Below are positions 1-14,037 of a DNA stretch of 64,000 nt, piece by piece. Position 1 is the first letter of the stretch. Each line of letters starts with the position of its first letter. The notes beneath the pieces are model-generated. The model saw only the letters and a list, made by a program, of their open reading frames with translations. It was not told where the DNA came from and made no database searches. The translations under genes and the position numbers were made by a program. The DNA comes from Eledone cirrhosa (Eukaryota). The DNA is taken from contig CAXHJY010001741.1 in assembly GCA_964016885.1 (NCBI GenBank), positions 62,001 through 126,000 of the forward strand, read 5' to 3'.

Positions 1-522
1 CGTCTGCGGATGCCGTTGCCAAGACTATTGGATGCTGCCAGGGAGTTGTTAAGGCCGATATAGTTATTGTCAGGTGTAGGTGCGTCTGTGTCGAGGTGCT
101 GTGTCTTGGTGATCTTACTGTGGTTCGTTGTTCCTATGATGTCTGCTAGGTTAGGAGTAGTAGAGAAGGATATTTTTATATTGTTCCTATTAAGAATTTG
201 TCTATACCTATGGTTGGGCGGGAAGTTCTTCTCTAAGGCTTCGAAGAACATCCGGGGTATGTTGGAGGCCATACTCCGAGAGTAGAGGGTGGGGTGGGGG
301 TGGAACCATAGGACGTTACGGTGGCGATTACGTGTCCTTGTACTTTTGCTACGGGTGGTTCCATCTAAGTGACCGCTCTTATGTGTGTTAATGCGCAGTC
401 GCCCGTTCGGTGCCCCTTTCACTTTATGCTCGGGTACACTCTTTCTACCTCTTCCATGTTTATGTACACGAAGATGTTGGCTGGAAGGCGTTGGTAGTAG
501 GCCGTCGCCTTTGTTGGTTTTG
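1..522 (-). mobile_element. Penelope-like element (PLE) ORF fragment, RT-to-GIY-YIG linker region; runs off the window edge
   Basis: Manual translation of a stop-free minus frame gives RNRHRNVLWFHPHPTLYSRSMASNIPRMFFEALEKNFPPNHRYRQILNRNNIKISFSTTPNLADII. This resembles the PLE linker pattern RNIIWFNPP(F/Y)S..NI...F...I.K.FP..H...KIFNRN.VK.SYS..PN...II. The upstream end abuts (TA)n at about 523. Confidence 0.75.
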
Positions 523-588
523 TATATATATATATATATATATTTATCCCGCTTTCTCTCTATATATATGTGTGTATCTGTATGTTTT

Positions 589-663
<75 letters not shown>

Positions 664-1184
664 CTGTCTCTTCATCACACTCCTCCCCATCTCTATCTAT
701 ATATCTATATATCTATATAACTATCTATCTAACTATATGTCTGAGAAGAGGGTCTAGGCTGTGCTTCTTTCTCTTACTTTTTGAAGAATGCATTTAACGC
801 CGTGTACGTATTCTTGAGTTTTCTTTCACAAAGCAATTCCTAGTAGCGGGCTATTATGTCTTAAAAAACATATCTTGGGCGTGCTGCTTCTCAGTTAACG
901 AAAGTAATTCCTAATAAACTGCTCTATAATTTCATTAATCTTGGCAATGCAATTTCTGAGGAAACTTTATGGTATGAATTTCATTGGCAGAGTTGTTAGG
1001 GCTTCGTATACATTGCTTTGTGTTATTTGTTACGTCATGTTATTTGAAACGTTCTAAGTTCAAATCCCGCCGATCTCAACTTTGTTTTTCATCTCTAAAA
1101 TACCAGTCAAGAGCCAGTGGATCAGTCGAATTGTTTTTCGGTATCTGTTCCAGTTCTGTGTAGCTCAAGATTAAATTTCCTCTT

Positions 1185-1585
1185 AGGCTTCAAATTCCAC
1201 TGATGGTCAGGACTAAATTACCCGACCCCGGAACCACAACTGATTATGGAAAGTGCAATAGGTTGAGGCTTCAAATTCCACTGATGGTCAGGGCTAATTA
1301 CCCGACCGCGGAACCACAACTGATTATGGAAAGTGCAATAGGTTGAGGCTTCAAATTCCACTGATGGTCAGGGCTAATTACCCGACCGCGGAACCACAAC
1401 TGATTATGGAAAGTGCAATAGGTTGAGGCTTCAAATTCCACTGATGGTCAGGGCTAATTACCCGACCGCGGAACCACAACTGATTATGGAAAGTGCAATA
1501 GGTTGAGGCTTCAAATTCCACTGATGGTCAGGGCTAATTACCCGACCGCGGAACCACAACTGATTATGGAAAGTGCAATAGGTTG
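1185..1585. repeat. 80-bp tandem minisatellite, 5 copies
   Basis: Units start at 1185, 1266, 1346, 1426 and 1506. Units 2-5 are identical; unit 1 is an 81-bp variant. Confidence 0.95.
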
Positions 1586-1708
1586 AGAATTGAAACTATC
1601 TGATACTGAAGACGTATAGCAATGATAATGATGAAGATGAGGATGGCGATGAGTGGATGGTGATGAGGATGATAATGATTAGGAAGAATATGTGGATAAT
1701 GATGGTGA

Positions 1709-1897
1709 TAATTGTTTCTACTTTAGGCAGAAGGCCAGCAATTACCCAGTACATTACTGGTACTTTTTTTTATCGAACCCCGTAAGGATGAAAGGCAAAG
1801 TCAACCTCGGCGGGATTTGAACTCCGATCATAAAGGGACGTAACTATGCTGGAAAGCATGGCGTCCGACCCTCTACCGATACTGCCAATCCACCGCC
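1709..1897 (-). mobile_element. tRNA-headed SINE, family A (octopus OK-SINE-like)
   Basis: Minus strand has A-box-like TGGCAGTATCGG, B-box GAGTTCAAATCCC, central TTGCCTTTCATCCTTACGGGG block and a GTAGAAACAATTA tail. More than 15 copies occur in the window. Confidence 0.85.
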
Positions 1898-3471
1898 CTT
1901 CAATGATGATGATAATGATGATTGATGATGACGATGTGAAGCTGATGATGATAATGCTGTTGTTGTTTTTGTTGGTGGTGGTAGTAGTGGTAGTGTTGGT
2001 GGTATTGGTGGTAGTGATGGTAGTGCTTGTAACTAGTCAACAGTTGGGTCTTCAGGCTCATTTTGGAAGCATCACTGACTTGACACTTGCAGTTCTTCAA
2101 CAGATAACATTCTACTATTATAATCTATTAATTCTTCCAAATCTTCTACGTTGACACTTTGCAATCTTTTTGTCGTCGGCTAGCTCAACAATGATATCGA
2201 TGATTGCTGGTACCATGTTTTCTTCAGAAGAAATCATTATATGTTTCTGGTCATAGCTTCCTCCAAACTCTGTCTATGCATTTTTCAGTTACTTACTCCT
2301 AGGCTCCTTTGATATCACTTTTGGCTTTCATGATATAGCAATTTTAACAAAGGTTTTTGATAGATAGTAGGTTTTGACATTAAAGATTACATGCTGAACC
2401 ATAGGCTGTGGTAAGGAAGTGATGTTTGGTGTCAGATAAACTATTTCGACAAGAATTTAGATTAGAAGAGTGTCAATATTTGAAGTGAGGCCTGGTGTAT
2501 TATCGATCATCAACAATAACTTTCGTTACGACCTTCACAATAATCTTTCATTGTTGGACAAGAGTACGAAAAAAAAAAAAAAATAATAATAAAACGAAAA
2601 TAAAACAATGTCTGGAAGTTTCTACTACCCCCCTGGGCTTTGAATTGCACGCGGAGTGAGATACTCCTAGTCATCATTAAGGCATCTATCTAGGAGAAGT
2701 TCACTCTCATATAAAACCTGCGACTTCGTTTGCATCAAATTATGTAGACCAGTTCTACGTTCTGGGTAAATGCATTTGATGTATAGAGAGTGGGATTTGC
2801 CCCATGCAAATCCTTTCTCCACTTAAAAGAACTTCAAGGATAGGCATCGCTTGATATGTGACATGGTTTGCAAAGCATGGCATTGCTGGCCATAGGAAAG
2901 TCCCTTGCAGGACTAAAAAGTCACGTCCATTTGCTGGAGATGCTCATATAGTGTGGAGCTTGACTTACGACAATTAACTAGCGTGATACATAATAGGGGT
3001 GTATATAAGCTATAGCTTATGCTTATCTCAGTACCAAGTACATAAATGTCACCGTTGATGGATAAAAATCCTGAAATGCAAGCGTATGGCCTTCCCATAC
3101 AGTTACTGAGATAGCTGTGACATGAACACAGCATAACCCATTCACCTATATATGTTTATTATAGCTAAAACACATTGTATATGCCTTCACATATGGCTCA
3201 ATTATGAATTACGCTATGTTAGTACTACCACTAATTAATACATGCAGATACATACACACATACACATGCACTCACACACGAACATAAACACAAACACACT
3301 CACGTGCACACACACACACACTCATTCACACACATATACACACGCACACATGAAAAACATATTCACATCATTGCCATATGTATGAAGTGCTTGTTCAGTT
3401 AATGTTCGACGGTTTTTATGTACAATTATACATATAACACCTCCATTACTACACCTCCCACACACATACAC

Positions 3472-3587
<116 letters not shown>

Positions 3588-4030
3588 ATATGTATGTGTA
3601 TATAGATGTGTGTGTGTGTATATATATATATGTATGTATGTATATATGTATGTGTATGTATGTGGGGGTACATGCGTGTGTGCCTGTGTGGGTGTGGGTA
3701 TATATGCTTGTATGTATGTACCTGTGTACGTATATATATAAACATACAAACCGGAATATGAAGAAATCTTGCTATTGATAAGCATTAACGATATCTTCAT
3801 ACGAAGTCCTGAGATATAACGAGTTATCACTTAATTATCACATAGAGCCTTATTATCTTAACCAAATAGTCACAACCATATTAAATACTTTACTTTCCTG
3901 CTTCGATAATATCTTCACTAATCAAATAAATCCAAATCTTATTTATGAGAAAATTTTACTTGTTATATCTCAGATCACGTGATTTTCCAGTCTTTTTAAA
4001 TGTACATAAATTGTACACACGCACGTAGAG

Positions 4031-4185
4031 AAGAAGAAGAAGAAGAAGAAGAAGAAGAAGAAGAAGAAGAAGAAGAAGAAGAAGAAGAAGAAGAAGAAGA
4101 AGAAGAAGAAGAAGAAGAAGAAGAAGAAGAAGAAGAAGAAGAAGAAGAAGAAGAAGAAGAAGAAGAAGAAGAAGAAGAAGAAGAA
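4031..4185. repeat. (GAA)n microsatellite, about 50 units
   Basis: Direct reading; explains the poly-E and poly-L ORFs. Confidence 0.98.
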
Positions 4186-4862
4186 ATAGGAGAAATTCAG
4201 CAGACATTTTTCATAGCTTACTTTTTACTGATAATGAATGCTAACTCCATTGACTTGGAATGAATTATTGTAAATTGATGGTGATAAAGTTAATACTAAT
4301 ACAGATGCCACGACTGCCTTTAACGTATTTAACGATATGTTCAATAATTGTAATTGATAAATATCTACCACTTAACAAAAAAGAAATAGAGAAAGCAATA
4401 TTAATAATTAGTATTAAGATTGTTAAAAAAATAAAAGAGTGGATTCGGTTTTAAAAACTATTTATTTATAAATGACATAGATTATACAAAGTCTATTTTC
4501 ACAGAAATGGGAGAGGGGGGGGGGGGGGGGCAGGGAAGATAATATTCATAAAAAAGAAATAGATTAATAAATATTAATAATAAATCTATATACGTAATGA
4601 ATTTGTTTTCTTTATTCGAATTAGTGAAAAAATAACTATTATAACTTTTATTAAATCCTCTTATAACCACTAGAGTGTAAGATTTAACACGTCACTCTGT
4701 TTAACATCACTACTGGATAACATACTTCCTTCATTTTACCAAATAGTGGGTAAGCACTATTTCCTAGTATGATGAAGCAGTTTTTTTTAAATGTAAACTA
4801 AACAACCCCGATCTGTTATATTTTTGTACATAATGTCATGTTTAACGTAGCTATACCTTATG

Positions 4863-4922
4863 TAATTCTGATGAGTCCTAATATTAAGCCTTTAATATTA
4901 AGGATGAAACGCATGTAAATTA
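4863..4922 (+). ncRNA. Minimal type I hammerhead ribozyme motif
   Basis: taatt-CTGATGA-gtcctaatattaa gcct ttaatattaaggat-GAAA-cgcatg-TA-aatta. Stems I, II and III pair; GUA cleavage triplet. Confidence 0.75.
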
Positions 4923-5050
4923 AAATGTGATATAGTTTGCAGTTTGGCGTACTTTTCAATGTATTTATTGATCAACTCAAGGTTCGATCTGTATCGATCT
5001 GACCCGACTCTGTAATCCGCGGCTCGTCAGACCCCTTGAACATTACACAG

Positions 5051-5135
5051 GGTCTGACGAGCCACGCGTTAGAGAGTCAGGTCAGATCGATACAGATCGA
5101 ACCGTGAGCTGATCAGTGGTGAAACGCGCGCCACC
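5051..5135 (+). ncRNA. Hammerhead motif with extended stem II, cleavage site mutated
   Basis: ggt-CTGACGA-gccac...gtggt-GAAA-cgcgcg-CC-acc, followed by AATAAA. GCC replaces GUC at the cleavage site. Confidence 0.6.
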
Positions 5136-5754
5136 AACCAATAAACGTAATGAAGGAGTAACCAATCGTCCTTGTTATCTTATTTCACTATAATACACTC
5201 TGTCTAGCTCTACACCTCGACACTGAAGTGAACCTAAACATCGAGTGCTCAGCCGGGTGAACCTACAGTGACTCCAAGTTACACTCACTGGATATATATA
5301 TATATATATATAGTTGAAAAATGAACAAACGGAACACAGGAGGCAATTTACCCAGTTATATTAGGTTCACGCTTGGTGGAAGTGGAGGAGATTTCAAAGG
5401 AAATCTCGCGAGACGGATACGAATCATAGACCTAAGGATTTTAATGGAAATCTCGCATATATAATAGAAATGCAAATGGAAAATTCATGATTAGATATTG
5501 TTATATTCAATAAAGAGGAAAGAATATGATGACTAATCGATGTTGCTTTCCCACTTTATACTAGAGAGGTATAGAAATGAATGCGAAAAAATAGAAAATG
5601 CAAAGAATCTGGAATTACTTTCCATCATAAAAGCTGCAAGATACCTAAGGATAAAGGAGACAGCTTAGTACCTAGTGTCTAGCAATCCAAATATCGGCAT
5701 TGGAACAATGGTAAATAGAAGAAATAATTATAATTATGGTAACGTATGATTGTA

Positions 5755-5821
<67 letters not shown>

Positions 5822-6175
5822 AAGGCTTCTACAGGACTAGAACTTTTTTATTCGGGAGAAATCATCAGGAAGCCCTGATGATTTCTCCCGAATATTATTA
5901 CTCTGCTTTGTATTGAGTGCCTTACTTACTGCGGTTACCCCCGATTGAACCCGGGATAAACTTATATATATATATACACATATATACATATATACATATA
6001 CATATACATATATACAAATATATATATATACATATATACATATATACATATATACATATATACATATATATACTAAATTTAATTATCTACTCATTATTAT
6101 TAATCCCCTCCATACATACACCCACACATACACACATACATACGCACGTACACACGCACGCACACACGCACACAC

Positions 6176-6265
<90 letters not shown>

Positions 6266-7190
6266 AAAGGAAGACTTATGATACAGCTAATAGCTTGTTA
6301 TAAGAAAATTAATTAATTGATATTTCTATGTACATCGAGATTTTTTCCCAATCGTTTCACATCTATTGTTAATGTATTGTTGATAATACACATTACAAAT
6401 AGACAAACCTAAGAAAAATAAATATGAAATAAGAAAAGAAGAAATAGAAATTGAGAACTATAGGGAAATAGAGAGGGAGATAGACATATACAAAGAGAAC
6501 TGAGGAAAGACAATTGATTTTAGTCAGCATATGAAACTGGTTCTATCGCTAGTACTTTTAAATTTCAAAAGATATAAAAGATAGAACAATGATCAAAAGT
6601 CCACATGGTCACATTTGCTGTTAGAAATAGAAGTCGTATTCCCTCAAATCACATCACACCGCAGAGTTGCTAGATGAATTTTATTAAAAAATTTACGGGT
6701 TTTAGAAAACAGCTCAGTATAAAAATCTTGAGTGAATTATACATACACATTGGCGAAAAGACATCTAATTATTTTTCCTCTATGTCACCCTCAGATTGTG
6801 CCTCCTTTTTAGTCTTTATGAGTCTAGTTGACTTTTCTGCTCTTCGTTACACATTATTACAAATTTGTGTATTTATTTGTCATTGTCAAGTAATTTCAAA
6901 TAAGTTCTGTTACTACTTTTGATTTTGTTTCCTTTATCGTTCTCATCTTGTTATGTATTGTGTGTTCACCTCATCCTTCGTCCTTTAAAATATTCTAGGA
7001 GAGGGTTTACATATCTTGTTTGACATTGTGACCTCAAATGAATTAACAGCTCCGTATGCTACATGAAGGCAGAAAGAAAGATGCATTGTATTAATGCCGT
7101 GAAACAGGAGCAAAGCAGTAATCATAAAATAAGAATTGATCAAAGCGTTTATTAATAAAATTTTGACAATATAAAACTGACAGTGGTAAT

Positions 7191-7358
7191 ATAATTGTTT
7201 CTACTTTTGGCACAATGCCAGCAATTTCCCCCGAGCATTACTGGTACTTTATTTTATCGATCCTGTATGGATGAAAGGCAAAGTTAACTCACACCTTAAA
7301 GGGCCGTAACTCTATGCTGCAAAGTATGGTGTCCGACCCTCTATCGATACTGCCAATA
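7191..7358 (-). mobile_element. SINE family A with target-site duplication
   Basis: Same consensus as 1709; flanked by actgacagt(g/a)gtaatataat at about 7176 and 7360. Confidence 0.85.
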
Positions 7359-8135
7359 CACTGACAGTAGTAATATAATATTAATAGCTGTATTTACATC
7401 TGAGAAACGTAGGCAGGCTATGGATTGCGATGTCACTATTTTAAGTTAATATTATTACATACTCATTCATAAAATAAAGTACCAGTAATGTACTGGTAAT
7501 TGCTGGCCTTGTGCCTAAAGTAGAAATAATTATTACATACCCATTCAGATACATGGTAATTATAATGAAATAAATACATATTGACATAGCTTGTTTAAGA
7601 AATGATTGTGTGTTATACTAAACCAGTCATACGATAAATTAATGTTAAAGAATTTTAGTTTGGATTGAGCTGCATTCCTACCCAGGGCTGTTTATATCTG
7701 CAAAAGACAAGCATACGAATTGTTGTATTAAGACTTTCATAAGTTTACAGTAAGTTACAGTAAATATTAAATACCCATTCTAGGATACTGTTATTATAGA
7801 GAAGTAATAACATATAGTTTAACATATAACAAATGATGATGCGATATACTTTGTATCACACTGATTCCTGTTCGGTAATAAACTTAAAGAAATCTATAAT
7901 CTAACGTTTGTGTGAATTGTACATCAAACCATATACCGATTCTAGTCTAACACCGAAAAATATTGATTTCCACATCGTAATATTTATGCATGGGATAATC
8001 TCTTGACTCGCAAATGTTGATGTGAAAAATAGGGTCAACATTCACATGAGATACATGGAAAATTCCAGATAGTTATCCAAATGTAGGTGGATTGGTCAAA
8101 TGGTCAGATTTTATGAGATCGAATTCTACACGTAT

Positions 8136-8264
<129 letters not shown>

Positions 8265-8569
8265 CAAAGGAGTGCAAACACAGAAAATATCTGAAAAAAT
8301 AATAAATAAATTCCAAAAAATTCAATGTATTTACTATATGTGCCCTTACCGCGGTTTCAGATCCCAAACAAATAGATAATCCAAGCGGATTTCCATTGAG
8401 AAAGAGATCATCGTCAGAAGGCTTTTCTTTCTCGGAGAATATAAAATTCCCGAGTTAAAATTACAAACTCGCGCCATTCCAAACTGCCTCAGAATGAGAG
8501 CAAATGAATGATGAAACAGTTTTGTCATGGTGCCGTGTGTAAAGGCAAAAAGCACGGTGGAAATCGGCT

Positions 8570-8730
8570 TGGCACAAGGCGAGCAATTACCCAGTGTATT
8601 ACTGGTACTTTATTTTATCAACCCCGTAAGGATGAAAGGCAAAGTTAACCTCGGCGGGATTTGAACTCAGAATGGCAACCAGTAATACACTGGGTAATTG
8701 CTGGCCTTGTGCCAAAAGTAGAAACAATTA
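8570..8730. mobile_element. Two SINE family A fragments in opposite orientation
   Basis: Minus fragment 8570-8678 followed directly by a plus 3' fragment 8679-8730. Confidence 0.8.
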
Positions 8731-8962
8731 TCTATTTGTTTGGGATCTGAAACCACGGTAAGGGCACATATAGTAAGTACAGTGAATTTTTTGGAATTTA
8801 TTTATTATTTTTAAAGATATCTTCTGTGTTTACACTTCCTTGATTTTATATATTCTGGCTTGTTAATTTATTAACTTGCCATTGAACCACACTGGCATAT
8901 GGTCGGACTATACTTGTGTCTCCGTGTGTATTAATTACATGTAGGAACACATACTTTTATTT

Positions 8963-9069
<107 letters not shown>

Positions 9070-9388
9070 ATCTACGTGTAGTATTCGATCTCATAAAATC
9101 TGATCATTTGATAAAATCTGGAATTTTCCATGTATCTCATATGAAAGTCGACCCTATTTTTCTCATCAAAATTATATGGGTTGTCTATAAGTCAGTTCTA
9201 ATTTAATTAGTTGATCATTCAATATATTACCTACGATTATTATCATTGAAAATTGCATTTTAAAGTAGTAAATGTCCAAAATTGAATATATATATATATA
9301 TATATATGTCGGTTGTCACAAACAGTCATGACCGGCAATGGCCGGTGTTTGGATTCTGTCGATCGATTGGTTATTGATTAAGCGATAC

Positions 9389-9496
9389 CCGCTGATGAAG
9401 CCGCATAAGCCGATTGTGCAATGTTGCATAATATATGCAGACAGATGGTGCAGTGCACCTTACTGCTGCATTAGTGCGGCAGAAACTCGAGTCCGG
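9389..9496 (+). ncRNA. Hammerhead motif with long branched stem II, inside a ~340-bp element bounded by (TA)n
   Basis: ccg-CTGATGA-a gccgca ... tgcggc a-GAAA-ctcgag-TC-cgg. Palindromic stem III (ACTCGAGT); GUC triplet. Confidence 0.7.
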
Positions 9497-9764
9497 AACC
9501 CTATAGGCACCCGTTTTACGTGTGTTGTGTTGAGGCAAATAACTATGTGTATACTCTTGTAATGTATCTTACATTGCCCATTGAGTGCGCTGAGATACGA
9601 CCGGTACTGGCACTGATAAATATGCTGGGTCCGTCAACCCTTATTATTATATATATATATATATATCACCCCCCCCCCTTCACTCTCAAGCGTGAACCTA
9701 ATACTAACACTGTGTACTGCCTCTTCGCTTTGTTTTTGTTTTTTTGTTTTCTGTTTTAACTATA

Positions 9765-9815
<51 letters not shown>

Positions 9816-12110
9816 CACATACATATATACATATAACCCCCCACACACACACACACATACACACACACATATATATATACATGCTACCGTGTACCCCTGA
9901 TCCTCTATTTGTTCACCAATTTAGCGGCCCTGTTATGCCGTTGGCTGGTGCATGCGATGGTTTCTGAAGATTCCGTCTTTCAAATTTCATTCGCAAATTA
10001 TTGATTAATTCGATGCTACTGAAAAAGAAACTTGCTCAATGTGTCACGTAGTATCCGAAACCTGTGTCTATTTTTGAAACCAATAAATTAATAGTGCTTA
10101 TTTCATCGAATTTTCACTAGAATGGCGTCCAAAATTAAAGACTGCTCCAAAATCACTTACTGCGATTGAATAGTAATGGTTTCTGATTTAGGCATAAACC
10201 CAACAATTTTGGAGAAGAAATCTGGTACTTTATTTTATCGACACCACAAAGCTAACCTCGGGTGTATTTGAACTCAGAAAATAAAGGGACATAATTCTAT
10301 TCCCAGAAGCATCGTATTCGACGCTCTACTAAAGAATATGCAAATTCAATCTTTGGGAAATAATTTGAACACTGATCGTCGAAACCAACGTAGGCCCATT
10401 CCATTTTTTCATACCTAAGATGGATTTGTGAGTTAAGAGGGTTCACCTGTTTTAACCAGCCGAAGTTTCAAAAGATACATATTAAAGTATGGCATCGCTA
10501 GAAATAGCGTCCAATTTTAAAAATGATAATAGCTAAGACTCTATTCGATAGTGTATTGTTAGATATAAGTTGATTGATAAAGAATGAAAAGATGGAATGG
10601 TCGTTGCTGGAAGGCTTTTGGTCATAGGTTTGCTCGATTGAAACTGACCTGATGTTAAATAACAACAACAATGATGTGCTAGAAACAACAGCCAAATTCA
10701 CCCCACATCATCAACTATCAACTTAAAAAAAAGAAGAAAAACATATGATAAATTATGACTTCAAAATAGATGGAATGGTTATGACTTGAAAGTTTTTGAT
10801 TATAAGGTGTGGCAGGGGTTAGGTAAGGACAATAAAAATCAAATAACGTAAAATAGAAATTTCAAGTGAGAGAAAATCATGGTTAATGGAAGTACTTGTG
10901 CGTGAAGATAATTTTTGGTGATGTGTTCAGCCCATATACTAACACCTAAGCGTCCTATCCAGGGCGTAGATAGACTTTTTTTCTCTGTCTTTCGATTCTC
11001 TCTAACATTGCGAAAGCTGTTGATTATAAGCCGACTGAAGTTCTGTGAATTATGATGGTAAAATGAATGAGAAATGGAAAGATAGATAGGACAAGGCTAC
11101 AAAGCGGGTGATAGAGAAAACAAAACAAACAAACAAACAAAAACACACACAAAAAACAAACAAAAAAAAAAACAGAGAGAAAATAGGAGTAAACGTTTTA
11201 TCTATTTAATTAATCATTTATATAGCCTATTTATTTATTTAATCATATATATATTTATTTATTTTTTAAAAACAATTTATTTCTTACAAAATTAGTTTAT
11301 AATATTGAAGACGAAAAACAAAATAATAATAAGAATAATTTCTTTAAGAAATTACATCTGATGAAGTTAAGTGTTGCGAAATTTCTCATAGAACTTCTTT
11401 TTCTTCGTTTCCTTCATCATTTCTTCACAGATATCTTATTTTATACCTCCTCTTTTCATCATTTGTTCTCATCTTGGGTCCTTTCTTTCTATTTCATTTA
11501 TATATTTATTATTCATAATTTATTTATTTATTTTTATGTATTTATTTTGTTTATTTATTATATATTTTGTGATTTATTTGTGTATTCATTACATATTTTT
11601 TTCTTCAAAAACTAAATCGTTTGTTCCAATAAAATGCTGTCATTCGTGGTGGTTATTTGAGCGGTAGACTTAGTTTTCAGCGCCAGTGCAGTGTTAATTT
11701 GTTAAGATGATAACATATTAAATTGAATAAAGTATTAGACCGGTGTTGTTGATAAAATTATTGTAAACAACCATATTATTCAGAAAGGATTCACTTAAAA
11801 TGAAGAGACTTTCATGTCTCAACTTCACACACAGAGCCTACATACACGCATGTTCATTCTCACTCTCCCTATCTCTTCCCCCTCTCTTTCTGCTTCATAC
11901 AGATACACACTTATATGTATGTATAAGTATGTGTACATATACTTATAGTAGTGCATTAAGAACAGAAATAAACATCCTTTTTCGTCTGTCTACATATAAC
12001 AACCCATGCCAGAAAGGAAAAGTGGACGTAAAATGATGAAAATTGTGATACATAAATACTAATATATACACACACTCACACACAAACATACCTATACGCA
12101 CACATATTTC

Positions 12111-12152
<42 letters not shown>

Positions 12153-12184
12153 AATCCCTTTCTCTCTCTCTCCCGCCCGCCCCC

Positions 12185-12311
<127 letters not shown>

Positions 12312-12392
12312 AAAAGCTGGAGAGAATAACAATAATCTGCATAACTAATCAACTTTCTCGCCTCTTGATTAGGTTTTTTGCATTTTACCTTG

Positions 12393-13153
<761 letters not shown>

Positions 13154-13191
13154 TACTTATTGTTCCACAATGCTTCAAGCAAACTTCAATA

Positions 13192-13277
<86 letters not shown>

Positions 13278-13282
<5 letters not shown>

Positions 13283-13492
13283 GGTTTTTCTCACATCAGA
13301 TGTGAGAAAAACCACAAACCCTCCATCTCAATTCTACTTTTGAAAAGCACAAGAACTGCGAAACCGGTAAAGGAACCAAATAAATATATTTAAAAAAAAA
13401 AAAGACTCCAGTTGCATCTTTTTTTCCTTAGACTTTCACTCGTGGAGGACACCTCCTTTTTTTCATTTTGTAAAAAATCCTCACTTTCTAAT
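13278..13492 (+). mobile_element. Small (TA)n-bounded element with terminal hairpin and HHR-like 3' half; relatives at 47285-47576 and about 58205-58315
   Basis: 20-bp-arm hairpin 13278-13318, then GCGAAACCGGTAAAGG. The same sequence recurs at about 47449-47576. Confidence 0.65.
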
Positions 13493-14037
13493 ATATATAT
13501 ATATATAATATATATATATGTATATACATATATATATATACGCACCATCTATATATGTTTTGTTTATTGTTAACTAATTTGCTATGTGTATAATAATATT
13601 ACAGTACTGTATATTTAGTTTAAAATTCCTCGTTTATTTTGATATAGAATCTGTTGCTTTACACACAGTTATATAATCATCTGAGATCTAAATAGACATT
13701 TTAGAATCGCGGCTACATAATACACGTAGTTTTTTTAGTGTCAAAGTGAAACAATGAAATTGATGTAAAGGTTAGTTTTTAACCTAGTATTTTCTGTGTG
13801 TTTTTTTTTTATCAACCCATCTATTTTTCTGTTGTCTTTTTATCTACATTTGTTTGTAAATCTCTCCGTGCATTTTTCTTTCTTTCTTTCTTTTCCGTTC
13901 TGTCTTTTTTTCTTTCTTTCTTTCTTTTCCGTTCTTTCTTTTTTCTTTCTTTCTTTCTTTTCCGTTCTTTCTTTTTTTCTTTCTTTCTCTCTTTCATTCT
14001 TTCTCTTTTTTTTCATTCGTATCTGTATCTGTATATA

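Noticed and set aside
1185-1585. CRISPR-like regular array
   Set aside because: Units are fully repeated with no unique spacers, there are no cas genes, and the context is eukaryotic. The same applies to the 311-bp array.
2030-3150. Possible decayed transposon coding sequence
   Set aside because: Composition is suggestive, but no motif could be recognised with confidence.
8385-8422. Minus-strand CTGACGA...GAAA
   Set aside because: Stem II is out of register and there is no stem I partner.
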